A stretch of 61,193 nucleotides of DNA, the filler included, from Hausera hauseri (Eukaryota), in assembly GCA_046269625.1 (NCBI GenBank). It is 9 parts of 9 records of this genome, joined end to end, with 100 filler letters (N's around TTAATTAATTAA, not from the genome) between each part and the next. Parts side by side here need not be neighbours in the genome. Positions count along the whole stretch, not along the records: positions 7,291 to 12,746 come from JBJURY010250958.1; positions 12,847 to 16,803 come from JBJURY010859078.1; positions 16,904 to 23,886 come from JBJURY010046665.1; 6 more parts are not named here. The stretch is one strand, 5' to 3'. The notes below the pieces were generated by a model, which did not search any database, had not been told where the DNA came from, and saw only the letters and a list, made by a program, of their open reading frames with translations. The number at the start of each line of letters is the position of its first letter. Positions within the stretch are counted from its first letter, which is position 1. Shown here one piece after another: positions 12,001 to 23,986 of the stretch. Both the position numbers and the translations under genes were made by a program.

Positions 12001-12746
12001 ATTTGCATTTAAATTAGGAAATAACATTTTTACTATAGGCATGACAAACGAGGTAGGATGCGCAACCAATGGAGAGTTATCTGTATACGTTGCATCTACT
12101 TAATTGTTTCTAACTAATCTATTGTCTTTACAGTCTATTAGGAGGTTGTAAAAAGATAAAAAATCGAAGCCAAGTATTGGTGACTGTGTGTCGGCTACGG
12201 TGAAGGTCCAGGTAAAAACGTCAGGAAAAGGCTGTAACATGAACGAGATTTTGGACATGCCGTACACACGTAATGCTTGGCCATTAGCTGTATATAATTT
12301 CTTGGATGACAGAGAAAGAGTTTTAATTTTGGTAGACAGAGGCAGAAGAGACCCTGCTGCTCCAGAGTCGATTAAAAAATTAATCGATTGAGTGGGCTTA
12401 GTTGCTATTAAGGCGTTTAGAGTAAATACGGCATAAGTACGGCTGTTACGGTGAAGATATTTGCCTGTGCCAGCATGCGCCGAAACATCTGGCGGCTTTA
12501 GCCGTTTTTTAAAGCTACAGGATTTAAATTGTTGGAAGGAGTAGGCTGTGAGGAATTGGAGCGGCTGATGAAGATGCAACCCGCAATGCAGTTGTGCGCT
12601 TTGGTGTTAAATTTATTGTGATATATACAGGCGATGTCAGGTCGTTTGAAATTAGGCGCATAAAACCTACATCCTAAGCAGCATTTATTAGTATTATTTT
12701 TGAATTTGGTATGATAGTAACACACCGTCGGTCGCTCAGGCGACCT
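9035..12746 (-). mobile_element. Near-complete CsRn1-type gypsy retrotransposon: gag C-terminus with two CHCC knuckles, protease, RT, RNase H, integrase; several lesions
   Basis: ORFs 12498-12725 (CX2HX9CX3C twice), 12100-12579 (FLIDSGA), 10372-11529 (RT with YIND variant, RNase H TDAS), 9461-10369 (integrase), 9035-9379 (integrase tail). Confidence 0.95.
12466..12510 (-). promoter_or_regulatory. gag-pol -1 ribosomal frameshift signal (A AAA AAC plus downstream structure)
   Basis: Heptamer at 12504-12510 in the gag frame just before the gag stop; pol ORF 12100-12579 is in the -1 frame; GCCG/CGGC stem starts 7 nt downstream. Confidence 0.75.
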
Positions 12747-12846
12747 NNNNNNNNNNNNNNNNNNNNNNNNNNNNNNNNNNNNNNNNNNNNTTAATTAATT
12801 AANNNNNNNNNNNNNNNNNNNNNNNNNNNNNNNNNNNNNNNNNNNN

Positions 12847-13661
12847 TTTATCTGACAGTAGTGTGTCCAGATCCGTTATGGCTGCGAGCGTTGTTGGCTG
12901 CAGGTATTGAATTAGTGTTAAGGTCTTGTTTAGTTGGCCGGTGATGCTGCATTGAGTAGCCCATGTTTCAAACACATGGAACCACTTCAATGGGGTTCCG
13001 TCCGAACCTATGAAGAAGGTGGGACATGCTAATTTGGTGGTTTGGCCTGTGTTGCTGAAGCAGTTTCTGCTTTTTTGTCAGGTGTAAGGTTGTCAACATT
13101 TCCTTTTAATCTGGGAGTGGCTAGCATTGTTGCGTTGTGTATGGTGAAATATTCCGAAATGGGATTATCCCATGGGCGCAAAATGTTTGCGTTATGTGAA
13201 AAAGTGTGGTCCGGATATGAGCTCGCGAGTTGTTGTAGCATCGCCTTCACGAACGTATTAGACGAGAAGCGATGTTCTCTCGTGTTGAGTAGGCCACGCA
13301 CAAGAAACTGGATTTCTCGCGGGATTGTTGCTTTTCCGGATTTATGCGCCGAGTTAGCGTTATTATCGTATATGTTGGTGCTAGTATACTTTAGCATTTG
13401 TTCGGTATCGTTCGTATGGTTGGCGGGTCGCGTGTCATCATGTTTAGTAATGTGGGTATTTGTGGCCGGATTGTTTTCGACAGCCTCGTTTGTCGAAATG
13501 TCAGATCCAGTATGTACGGTTCTGTGTGAAAGGGACGTGTGTGCGGTATTCGCTGTCGCCATTTCAGAAACTTTGTATTGGGCAAAAGCCTTATATAGGT
13601 CGCACAATTCAAGTAATAAAATGCAGTCGATAAAATAACTGGTGAAAACGTGGGGAAACAA
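12847..13661 (-). pseudogene. Gypsy gag N-terminal part (capsid-like region plus long low-complexity N-terminal extension)
   Basis: KLACPTFFIGSDGTPLKWFHVFETWATQCSIT..LIQYL resembles gag at 22659-23363 (EFFIG..KIWLQ..NNIT); same strand and collinear with the gag C-terminus across the linker; one frameshift. Confidence 0.75.
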
Positions 13662-15874
13662 CTTCAGATTAGAAGGTTGACGGAGTGATCTCGACGTCGT
13701 GTGTAGGTGGAGTTGGACTGGACACCGTGTATGAAGTTGGCGGAGTTGTCCTCGACTCTACGTTGTATTTGGTTGAGGTTGTTTCGTCTGTTTTAAAACA
13801 ACATTTGCGTGAACCTTATTTCGGTTTTCGTTGTCATCGTTACGGCTGCTGCCGTCGCTGTTTGGTTGTTTCGTTTTTGTGTCGCGTGTGGCCATCTGCA
13901 GAAAAGCTAAATAAATATGATAAGAATATTAAAGAAATTGATCAGGAAATTATCTGCATTCATGTCTGCATCCATTCGATTGGATTTGTATTTGATATCT
14001 GATAGCGAAGATGGGAATTACTGTTGACAGGTTTGTCCACCATGTGAAAATGATGAGGTATTTATGACGGTATGACCGACAGAAAATGATGGGCTCGTCA
14101 TAATTTCAGTAATTGCCATCGTCAATAATCAGTATCGCTGAAACATTGAGTAGATCGGGTAACGTCAGCAGATCGACCATTCTATTTGTTATCGGTAATG
14201 ACGACGATGTTGCAGCGGCATTTGCGGCTGACGAATACGATATCAACGATGCGGATTTAGTGACGTTATGGATTTCCCCTTTTTTGAAAAGTTCGACTCT
14301 TCTTTTTTGTGGATTTGAACAAATGGGTTTTAATCCAGATTTTGTTACTTATATTTTTGGGCGAATTCGTGACTTGTTTATTTTTTTGCACTTATTTTTT
14401 GTTTGTAAAGCAAAGCTTTACAATACTCCCCCGTTCTTTTGATGTGTGGTGTTCATAGGGGTTGAATTATTTATTAGTATTAGCTAGTTCATGTGTAAGT
14501 TGAAGTTTAACTGTCTCGGTGACTTTTCGTTTTTTTCTTCACATGTCTTGTAAATTTTGTCAATCGCAGCGAAATAAACTTCCTTTTGTATTTTACTCAT
14601 TTTATAATTTGATTTAAGGAAATATTTTTGTTTGTTGGAATTTTCGTTGGATTTACGGTTGATTACAGAGATTATTGCCTCTGACGAGTTGGATATCGAT
14701 AAAATTACCGATGACATGTAGATGGATTTGAATTTATAAACTGGTGCCATTTATTTTTTGGTTATCTGACTTTATTGTTGTGTTTTATTTGCTATCAGAA
14801 TATATTGTCATAAAACGGGGACTTTTGCACCCTTGTACACCTAATAGTACTTATTCTTTATGCTGTTTTTCTCTTTGTAAATCCTTATTTTCATGATAAT
14901 TAATGGCAGATTATATTACGACATTAGTGATGATTCTTATAAGAGATTATTTAACTGCTGCTACCTATCTGAAATCGTTTGGCAGTGACAGTTTGCGTAT
15001 TTAGTTATTATTCATGGTTGCATACTACTATGAAATCTATCAGTGGCAGTAAAATATGAATATTATCTTGTAATATTTTATAAATGTCAGAAATAAAAAT
15101 TGTTTTATTGTTATTTGCATATGCTTAATTATTCCCTAATCAATGATGAGTCATCTCTTAGTATCGCAACAACATTTTGAGAATTTTCTGTACGTAAGTA
15201 ACCGTTTGACTCGGATTATTACAGACTGCAAGAGGAACATTGGTATGTCAATTGCGAGAAATGTTAAGAAGCTGCTGAAATATTAGCATTACAAATTTAT
15301 AATTTAAGTTATTCAACTTGTTAGTTTAAGCTTCCAAACATAATTTGCACATACATAACATGGTATAATATTTTGTACTACTGTGCAAATTGTTAAGTAT
15401 ACGTGCAAGTTTAATGATTTTCAACTCACAACATTGTATGACTCATCGGAACAACGATTAGTTGAAGTTGATACAGAAATTCAATAGTAATTTGTCACAC
15501 CCAAAGTCAACGTACTGAAAGATCGATTCCGTGATCCATTAATTTTATTTATATAATTTTCTGAAAAAAAATCCAAATCGAAGTGTTAAATTGAACACTA
15601 AATTCGTTTCATAAAGTTCCAATATTTTTGGTTTTCCACAGAAATTTGAAGCGAAATTAATCATTTTTAGATTTCTAAATGAAATAATTTTAAAATTTAA
15701 ATTGGGGAGAACGTAATCCTTGTTGGCTTTCGTCGTTTGAATTATCCCTATAGGTACTTATTCAATATAACTGAAATTTGACACGTTCGTTTTTCACCCG
15801 TACTGAATCGGCACCTTTTTTCCGACTTTCCCCAACGTCCTTTAGTGCTCCTGCACCCGCTAGGGTTTCAAAGA

Positions 15875-15990
15875 TGGTTGCATCTAGCGTACTCGTTGCC
15901 TATTAAAAACGGCATGAGTGAGTGCCGGTTTCGGCACTGTGGGTTTGATCCCCACCTGTTTTAGTGCGGAGTTTACGCTACATGCAACCA
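15875..15990. ncRNA. Multibranch RNA-structure element in the 3' UTR of a gypsy element; function unknown
   Basis: 17-bp closing stem with one mismatch enclosing three hairpins (TGCC/GGCA, AGTGCCG/CGGCACT, GTGGG/CCCAC). Confidence 0.6.
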
Positions 15991-16019
15991 GGCATTTGGT
16001 TCTTGGTCAATGTAGGGTT

Positions 16020-16803
16020 TTACTGGAGTCGAGGTATCTTGGATGCACTCCTGGTGCGACTCGACACTGGGGCGGCAGGGGTTTGACTACGTATGGTCGT
16101 ACGTTCCGTTTCTGGAAGTATGGGCGTTGGGGCAATATTTGTTTCAGTTTGGACCGGGGTTGGGTCATAGACTACTGGAGTGTTTATGTTGAATGGATCA
16201 ATTCTGTTGTAATTTTGTCGAAGTTTGTCTACTTCTGACATGCTGGGTACGACTTGTTCGATAGAATCTTCCGTATCGGAATATTGATAGCCAAATGCGG
16301 GTTTTACATTCGACAAGTGGACTGTATGTTCGTTGTTGTCGCGGATTATTTTTGCGTTGTGCTCAGTGATTTTAATGAGCTTGTAGGGGCCCGTATAGTA
16401 CGGTTCAAAACCGTGTCTTTATTGGCTTTTGAGCCAGACAAAGGATGCATATCGTAGGTTCTTGGGCATGATTGGTTTCTTGTGATTGTTGTTGAATGCA
16501 GCGTTCGTGTCTAGTGACAGGAAATGCTTCCGGGCTTGGTTGAGAGCAGGAATTGAGGGTACTTCCTCGTTGCTCACCAGATCTTGTGGGAATGTAAGAT
16601 AGGCACCAAATAATAGTTGTGCCGGAGAGGCGTCAGTGCTAGTGTTCGGAGTATTTCTCCATCCTAACAGCACGATGGGTAATGCATCCAGCCAATTCTT
16701 GTTTTCGTGGCATAGGATGCGTAGGCATGATTTGAGTGTACGATGAAATCGTTCAATCAAACCATTCGCCTGCGGATGATAAGGCGACGTATGAATGTGT
16801 TTT
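16020..16803 (-). pseudogene. Gypsy integrase C-terminal half (CsRn1-like, distinct subfamily)
   Basis: HTSPYHPQANGLIERFHRTLK..LLGWRNTP, EPYYTGPY, HLSNVKPAF; frameshifted. Confidence 0.9.
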
Positions 16804-17597
16804 NNNNNNNNNNNNNNNNNNNNNNNNNNNNNNNNNNNNNNNNNNNNTTAATTAATTAANNNNNNNNNNNNNNNNNNNNNNNNNNNNNNNNNNNNNNNNN
16901 NNNAATGAAATTTAATTTTTTCAAAACAATCATGGCGCCATTGCAAAAATTTTTTTCATATTCACAATCAGCATCAAAAAGAGTATATTCCTGAATAGGT
17001 GGCAACTAAAAACCCGACTACCAGCAGGGTAAGTTCCCTTGTGAGTAAACGAATTCAATCCTGCATTCACTTCAACATCCGTCAGCTAACAGTCCAAAGA
17101 CAAAGAATAATAGTAGCAATAAATTAAATGTTTCTCAGGTGGGACACCAGATATCATTTTAAATAAATCATGCAGCTCAGTTGGAGAATTTACTAAATAA
17201 ATTAGTCAAAAATCAAATGAAAAACGAAAATTTACATCGAGAAAATTAGACACGAATTTGATGATTACAAAAATGACGAAGATACTCGATTCAGTGAATT
17301 ACAACTATATCAAAATGACAATTTTGATTAAAAATTATCGTAGACGATTGTTTCACTATTGAAAAACAGTATCAAAAAAGACAATTAAAATGATATTAGA
17401 TTCTAAGACCCGGTTCTTATGTTGGTTCTATCAAGATTGAGGAAGAGTCTTTGGATTTATGACGCCAAGAGAAATGCAAGAGTTGAAAGAAAAATTTCGT
17501 ATAACCCAGCTTTGTACAAAATATTTGATGGAGTATTGTTCAGTGCTTCTAATTATAAGGTTAGAAATCGGATAACAGATTTTAAATTTTTCACACA

Positions 17598-18880
17598 AAC
17601 GAGGATTTCTGCGGTCAGCTGAAGAATACTTATGTTATCGCCAAAATTAACAGTTATTGGACGTGAGGGGTGTGAATTTATTATTCCATATACAACGGTC
17701 AATTTGCAATAGGCAGTTATTGAACATTTTGAAAATGACGATTGTTTTAAAAGATTCGACTCATGGCACGTACGTCAGTGATTGCTGGGTTCAAAATGCG
17801 TCGGTCCGTTTGGCAGAAGATGATGTGATTCGAATTGGATTCAGCGTCGGTCAGTACGGATTTCAATCGGATGATGTTGTTATTGACGATTTGGATGTTA
17901 TGAATCTCCCTTATACGACTGTTTCCGATACTCAGAGGATTGCGTGGCAACAACCACCAGTATCATCTCAACAACATTCTATTTCTAATGCAAAATTCAG
18001 TCGTCCTCAGAGTGCTAACATACTGAACGAACGTCATCTCACACCAACAGCTCCAGAAATAACAAGCGCAACAAATTCCATCCAGAGGTTCTATAAAAGG
18101 TCAAAGAATTATCATTACTGGGAACCCACAGTATTATCAGCTTCAAAGGAGTTGATAGACTAAAATCAATCGAACATGACTCGGTAGCTAAAACTCGCCA
18201 AATCGATAGTCTATTACAACAAAATGCTAAATTAATGCAATCAACTAATCCAAATCAAATAGACAATCTTTACAAGAGCATCAAACAGTTGATTGATGAA
18301 GTATCTGTGAAAGAGTCGGAAATCGAACGACTCCAGAGTATTGTTTGACAAATGAGTGAAAATGCCAATCGAATAAACATGAATGTATCAAATAATGACG
18401 ATGTGTCAAAAATTTGAAGAAAGTTTGAGAAAACAAAAAAGATCTTCATTGTAGTTATGGTTTTATCAATACTCTTCAGAAAAGTCTTAATTGCTGTGGG
18501 GAATCAGCTTCTAGTTTGAAACGCGATATTCAAACTCTCAACCACACGCTAACTGAAAAGGATATCAATATCGCTTCGTTAACTAGCAAATTGGTACGAC
18601 TTAAAAATTATGAAGAAATCGAAAAAGAGAAAGCGGAGAGAGAACGAAATGTAATTAACTTTAAATAGAAACTTAAAGCATCTGAATTAGATTGTATGGA
18701 AATAGCAAATGTTATGGAAAACGTAAAAGAAATCGACCAAGGAAACCAGTGATCTAAAACTTCAACTTAATAATGTAAAAAAAGCAAAAGCGAAATTACG
18801 TAACGATCTAGGCGAATCAAAAAAGAAGTTTGGAAAGTTCCGATCGAAAGTAATGGATGCTCTGTTGTCAAAAACGAACT
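17598..18880 (+). pseudogene. FHAD1: FHAD1-like (forkhead-associated domain plus coiled coil) intronless pseudogene
   Basis: Across frameshifts reads RGFLRSAEE / LSPKLTVIGREGCEFIIPYTTVNLQ*AVIEH / VLKDSTHGTYVSDCWVQNASVRLAEDDVIRIG, matching my recollection of the FHAD1 N-terminal FHA domain; long coiled coil with stops follows. Confidence 0.75.
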
Positions 18881-19581
18881 TTAAAATACCCAGTGGTGGT
18901 ATGTGTGAAGTTGGTGGAACTCGTCCAGTGAAGAATTTATATCGGTTTTCTGTATACTGACATCTTTGTCGACCATTTTAGTACTCGCAGATAGGGGTTT
19001 AGATGGCATAAATGTTTCTGTAGAATCAGGTATATTGTTTTGATGATTACTGACGGAAATTACATCAGTTGTTTCCAGAGTTAATGGCTGACAAGAGTTT
19101 GACACCATTAGAAAATTACCTTTCAACTGATTGTATTTCTGTTTATAAAAATTGCATTCAGCAGCCAATTTCAAATAATCATCATCAACGTCAATCTGTT
19201 TCTCCCTCAAAAGACGATTCTCTTCATCCAGTGTTTGATTTTTCGTCAGCACAGATTGGTATGAAGATACCAATAACTCACATTCAGCTTTGACAAATCG
19301 TTTTGTAATTGAAAATTGGATTCAACTCCGCTTAGTCTATCTCGAAGTACTTCATTTTTGTTCATTAATGCTTCTGTGTCTCTGGCAGATCGAAATCTTT
19401 GCTTTAATTCATTGGCTTTAAATAATTATCTTTCAAGTTTATTACATTTTTTTTCTAATTGAATTAGTTTTCTAGTAAGTGCTTCACATTTTTCTTCGCT
19501 TCTGTATTTAGTCTCTTTTAAAGAAATCAGTTGATCCTGAAATTGTAGAAACTCAGCCGATGAAATATTTTGATCAGTCAT
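18881..19581 (-). pseudogene. GRIPAP1: GRIPAP1 (GRASP-1)-like N-terminal coiled-coil pseudogene
   Basis: ATG at 19581: MTDQNISSAEFLQFQDQLISLKETKY..LER*LFKA..ARDTEALMNKNEVLRDRLSGVESNFQLQND, resembling the GRIPAP1 N-terminus (LSEEEFQRMQAQLLELRTNNY..ENEMLQAKL..FRLQN); one stop and one frameshift. Confidence 0.65.
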
Positions 19582-20170
19582 TTGTCACATAGAAAAAAGT
19601 TTAAATTATATTGAGAAAGTATTACGTTAAAAAACAAAATACAGGAATTATGCTGACACCAATTTGTAATTTAATAATATATCCAAAATGATGAAATAAT
19701 CCAAAAGATTAAATTTCCTGTTTTGATAAAATTCCAAAAGGTAGACTCGCAAATTAGTAGAATAAAATGATTGATAAAATCAGTAATATGAACTCACAAA
19801 AGCGGCAATATCACCTCCCAATTCCTCAATTGTAAATAAAATTCCAACGATAACGAGTACAACTATATCTGAAATGCAGTGAAGATATCGAATAAAATCG
19901 TTTGTATTTAACTCAAAATCAAAACAGTCTAAAAGCAAAATGGTAGGAGTTGAAGAAAATCAATTTACTGTTTTATAATATTTACAAAATTTTCTCATAT
20001 CATTACCATATTTAAACAACGTTTTTTTTTGTCAAATCACCAATTGGGTGAATGTATGCACCATAATAAGTACAGGGAAGAATTGAAATATTTCGTGTAC
20101 AACACCGAACCAAATATCAAAGTTAGAGACATTTATACAAGGTGAAGTTTCAAAATGGTGGTCTAGTTTC

Positions 20171-22124
20171 ATGTGGCAGGGCCTCGTTATTCATAAGGAT
20201 TCCCAGGTCACATTCAATCGAGGCCTTAGGGAATGTCTTAAAATTCGCAAGATGAAACGCAATTGGTCTCAGAACGAACATAAAGAAATTGAGATCCCGA
20301 AATTTGTCAATTACCTAACAAGATTCACACCGACTGAATTCAAATCTCGCGCTCATGATTTCGTTCCTTTAAGGGAGAAAATTGTCGTTTACTACGTCGA
20401 AATGAAACTCGAAATGGCTGATCAAGTAAAATTACCGGATGTCAAATTCTGTGTCCGATGTAATAGACATTTTATCAATGAAGATAATTTTCGATTACAC
20501 CAATCCCTTGATCATGCAATCCGGAAAAGAAAACATCCAGCAATCCTCCGGCGTCCAGATGTAACTATTCTGGATATTCGCCGACGGCCTACCGACTTGG
20601 ACCGTGTGGAGCGGAACACGGTAATACTGCTATTTTTCTATAACCCTACAAACGAATATAATTTTATTTATTTCATACATTTTATCACAAATCCTAATGA
20701 AATATTATACTCATGTATTCTCCTCTATATACACGCGATAAAAGCAATCGAGTTTAGATTAAGTTATTCCAAATTTCTTTTACTTAGAAGTGCTTTTACA
20801 CCAACGAAACATATGATACAAGGTCTATCTTTTATTTGTCATATACGGTCTCCAACTACCACTGAAGTGGCCACATTACCACCGTTATTTTCGCACGTAA
20901 AAGGTTCGTATGGCAACGCTGCTACTCCTGTATGGCAATTAATTCATCGAGCAACAGCTACAAGCTACGCCAAAAGTACTGCTACCGGTCATATCGTAAA
21001 TTTTAACGTCATAGTTGACAACATAAAGTATCTACCGGTCGAATCCCGAACACATAAGTTATATTTACATGCAACTCCAGAAGCGTGTATCTCCAGGGTT
21101 TCCGATGAATTCGCTAACGTTCTTCATGTGGGACGCTTCACCATTTGAATGGTCAATATATGCATCAGGTTTAAACAGCGATGTGCAAAGTGACCTAAGA
21201 TTTCTAACGTGGACCGAGTCACAATATCCAACACTAATGTTGATTGGAAACTTACAGCAGCAAGATCTTCAAGGTTATACGCAGTTAGTCAACTGTTTAA
21301 AATCAGAGTCCGCTACAGTTTCGTTAATATTTCGCGACGGAAAAGCCACAAGTGTTATATCCACAATATGTTAGGCTTCCACTCACGGCTAATTCTGCTT
21401 TACCGCCACAATGCGTATACTTGTTTTCTATCACTCAAATATCTTACAAAATGTACGTCCATAGTCAAGGATTATCTATAGAAGTAAAACTTCCGAGAAA
21501 AATAAATATGTTCTCCAAGTCAACAACAGTGACACCACAGTCCTTGACACTCAGTGCTCAATGGTTGCAGAAAATACATACGCCCAGACCGTAGTTACAC
21601 TTGACAAAAATATCACAGATGAAGTCCGAACCCCGTCACTAGTTTTATCAGTCGTTGAACCGGGATTCCTATACTTTCATATCTCACTGGCAGAGAATAT
21701 GTGGGTTTTCCAAACGGGCAAAGAAAATATTTATACCTTGACTGTGAAACAGTCTGATTCCAATACTTGTCAAATATACATGCCCGATAATACGCGTCTT
21801 GAACCCACCATTTCTGCGGGGAAGTGGGTCACCCCGAAGTTTGAGATTCGCCGCGGCGAGGCTGAGGTCTCGGCCGCCTACCCTATATCATTGGGTTGGA
21901 CGGCACTGTTCGCTGACGCCCCACGAAACGCCCCTGGCTACACGACCACTCCGTATTCCCTCTTCTTTTTTAAAAATAATAAACATATTTACACAACTGC
22001 ATTAACATACTTAAACACTGCGGTTATCTACAACGTCATCTCCACTTTTCTTTGCTCACCTGACTTTTACCTCACACATCACGGCTCCACGGTGCCGCCC
22101 GTTGGGACCCCGCAATCTTCTTAA
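20171..22124 (+). other. Cluster of unidentified ORFs: a single C2H2 zinc finger followed by beta-strand-rich, frameshifted ORFs
   Basis: CVRCNRHFINEDNFRLHQSLDH fits C-x2-C-x12-H-x4-H; overlapping ORFs 21069-21374 and 21561-22124; candidate GT-AG intron 20621-20787. Confidence 0.45.
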
Positions 22125-22658
22125 ACTTATATCCACCTCCACATACACTTCCGTATCCGCGGTAGCATGAACTCATCGCCAACCATAGATGAAAAAATCC
22201 TTGTTTCCTCCACCGGATAAATTTCTGGTGCACAGAACATCATCGAGATCAGTTGAACAAATCGATGGTACGGGAGTTCGCAATGACGGATATTCACAAG
22301 GAATAGACTGGTTGTTTGCTGACGAATTAACTGTCAAATTTCCAATATGTATAGTAGACTTTGGATCGAATGTTGTCGATGAATTGTTCGAATTACCAAC
22401 TCCCATTATTAAAGTATTCGATCGAATATCATTCAAAATTCCAGCTCGTAAACTAACACTATTGTAATTCGTTAAGTGATTAGAATAAGGCAACATAATT
22501 ACGCAGCAAAGAAACCTTTTTATATAAAAAATAGGTTCGTTACCAACATGAACCGTTTATAATTTTTTATTCGGTTTCAAATTTTTTACACCGCTTCTGC
22601 ATACCAATATTTAAACACCTGCCTTAATAAAATTTCTTATATACAAATCACCCATAGG

Positions 22659-23886
22659 GTGAATGTGGGTACCACATTACCCCCCGTGGAAATAGACACC
22701 ACGGATAAAACCACCATGAAACCAAAATCTGTAATACTGCTTCAAAAACCAACCCCTACTTCCGCTAATAACTCTTCGCCTACTACTTCTTCCGCTCCTT
22801 TCCCTCACTGCATCGAATTCTTCATTGGCAACCAAAGATCCAGCAAAATTTGGTTGCAATTCCATCAGTTGTGGCTACAGGCAAACAATATCACCAATTC
22901 CTCAACCAAGGCACACAATCTCCTCTTCTTACTCCCTAACAATATCAAAACACAAATTCACAACATTATCCAAATCTTTGAACTTTCTAACCCATACTCA
23001 CAGCTCTCCAACGCTGTTCTTAAAACAACAGAACCCTCAATGGACACCATCATACAACGCTTCTTTCACGACAATGCTATAGGCACACAACGACCATCAG
23101 AATTTTTACGCACTTCTTTAGCACATCTACACGCTCTCGGAGTCACTAAAGAACACAGTGCAGAACTATTGCGCCACTACTTTCTCGACGCGTTAACCAT
23201 CCAAATTCGGGCTCTACTTACCGTGGTGGAGGACTGCATGGCGCTTGAGAAATTGGCCGAATTAGCCGTTAAAACACACGACGTTCTACACTTAAACTAC
23301 CCACCAATCGTTTATGCGGCAGTTGCCACTACCGCTATACAAAACAACAACACATCAATATAGCAATAACTAAATCAATTACGTGCCGAAAATACAGCAC
23401 TACAAACAACAATCAACAATATAAACAATAAATTAAGTGAACTTTCCCTGTCCAGACGAAAGGATTTTGTCTCGGACCGCGCCCATTTCGCATCTAGAAA
23501 CTGGTCACAATCGCCTGCGCGGTCGCTTATCTGCTACTACCACAGCAGATTCAATAAGAATGCCAAGAAATGCTGCCTATGGTGCAAATCTTATAATGAA
23601 AGTTTTTCTTCAGACACCGTTGTTTGCATTAACCACGCAAAGTTTAAAAATCAAGCTTGTAAATGCATTCCAGGATGCACCTTCAAAACAGATACGAACG
23701 ACGAACGTACTATTTTTTCTTTTAATAGTCGTCCTAGTTCACCTTTTCAAAAAAACTAACTTTTAGACCATGCGGTGATTACTGACAGTTAAACAACTTG
23801 ATAATTATGGATGCGTACCCCTTGCCACTCATCAAGGACATCCTGCATCGCCTTAATTCAACTACCATTTATTCGACCATCGATTT
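22659..23886 (+). mobile_element. CsRn1-type gypsy gag (double CHCC) joined directly to an internal RT fragment
   Basis: Gag GTQRPSEFLR..LEKLAELA; CYYHSRFNKNAKKCCLWC and CINHAKFKNQACKCIPGC; AAAAAAC TAA; then TFRPCGDY*QLNNL..DAYPLPLIKDIL. Confidence 0.9.
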
Positions 23887-23986
23887 NNNNNNNNNNNNNN
23901 NNNNNNNNNNNNNNNNNNNNNNNNNNNNNNTTAATTAATTAANNNNNNNNNNNNNNNNNNNNNNNNNNNNNNNNNNNNNNNNNNNN

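Noticed and set aside
13042-13638. 198-aa hydrophobic plus-strand ORF
   Set aside because: Antisense shadow of the gag-associated ORF; the same applies to many short ORFs opposite pol and polB
14000-14750. Degenerate minus-strand coding-like region
   Set aside because: Several stops and no recognisable motif; cannot be assigned
15875-15990. tRNA, hammerhead or twister ribozyme identity for the structured element
   Set aside because: No T-loop/D-loop consensus, no CUGANGA core, and only a short TAAACTCCGC resemblance to twister
22173-22496. 107-aa minus-strand ORF resembling a host exon
   Set aside because: Low-complexity Ser/Asn-rich sequence with no motif I can identify
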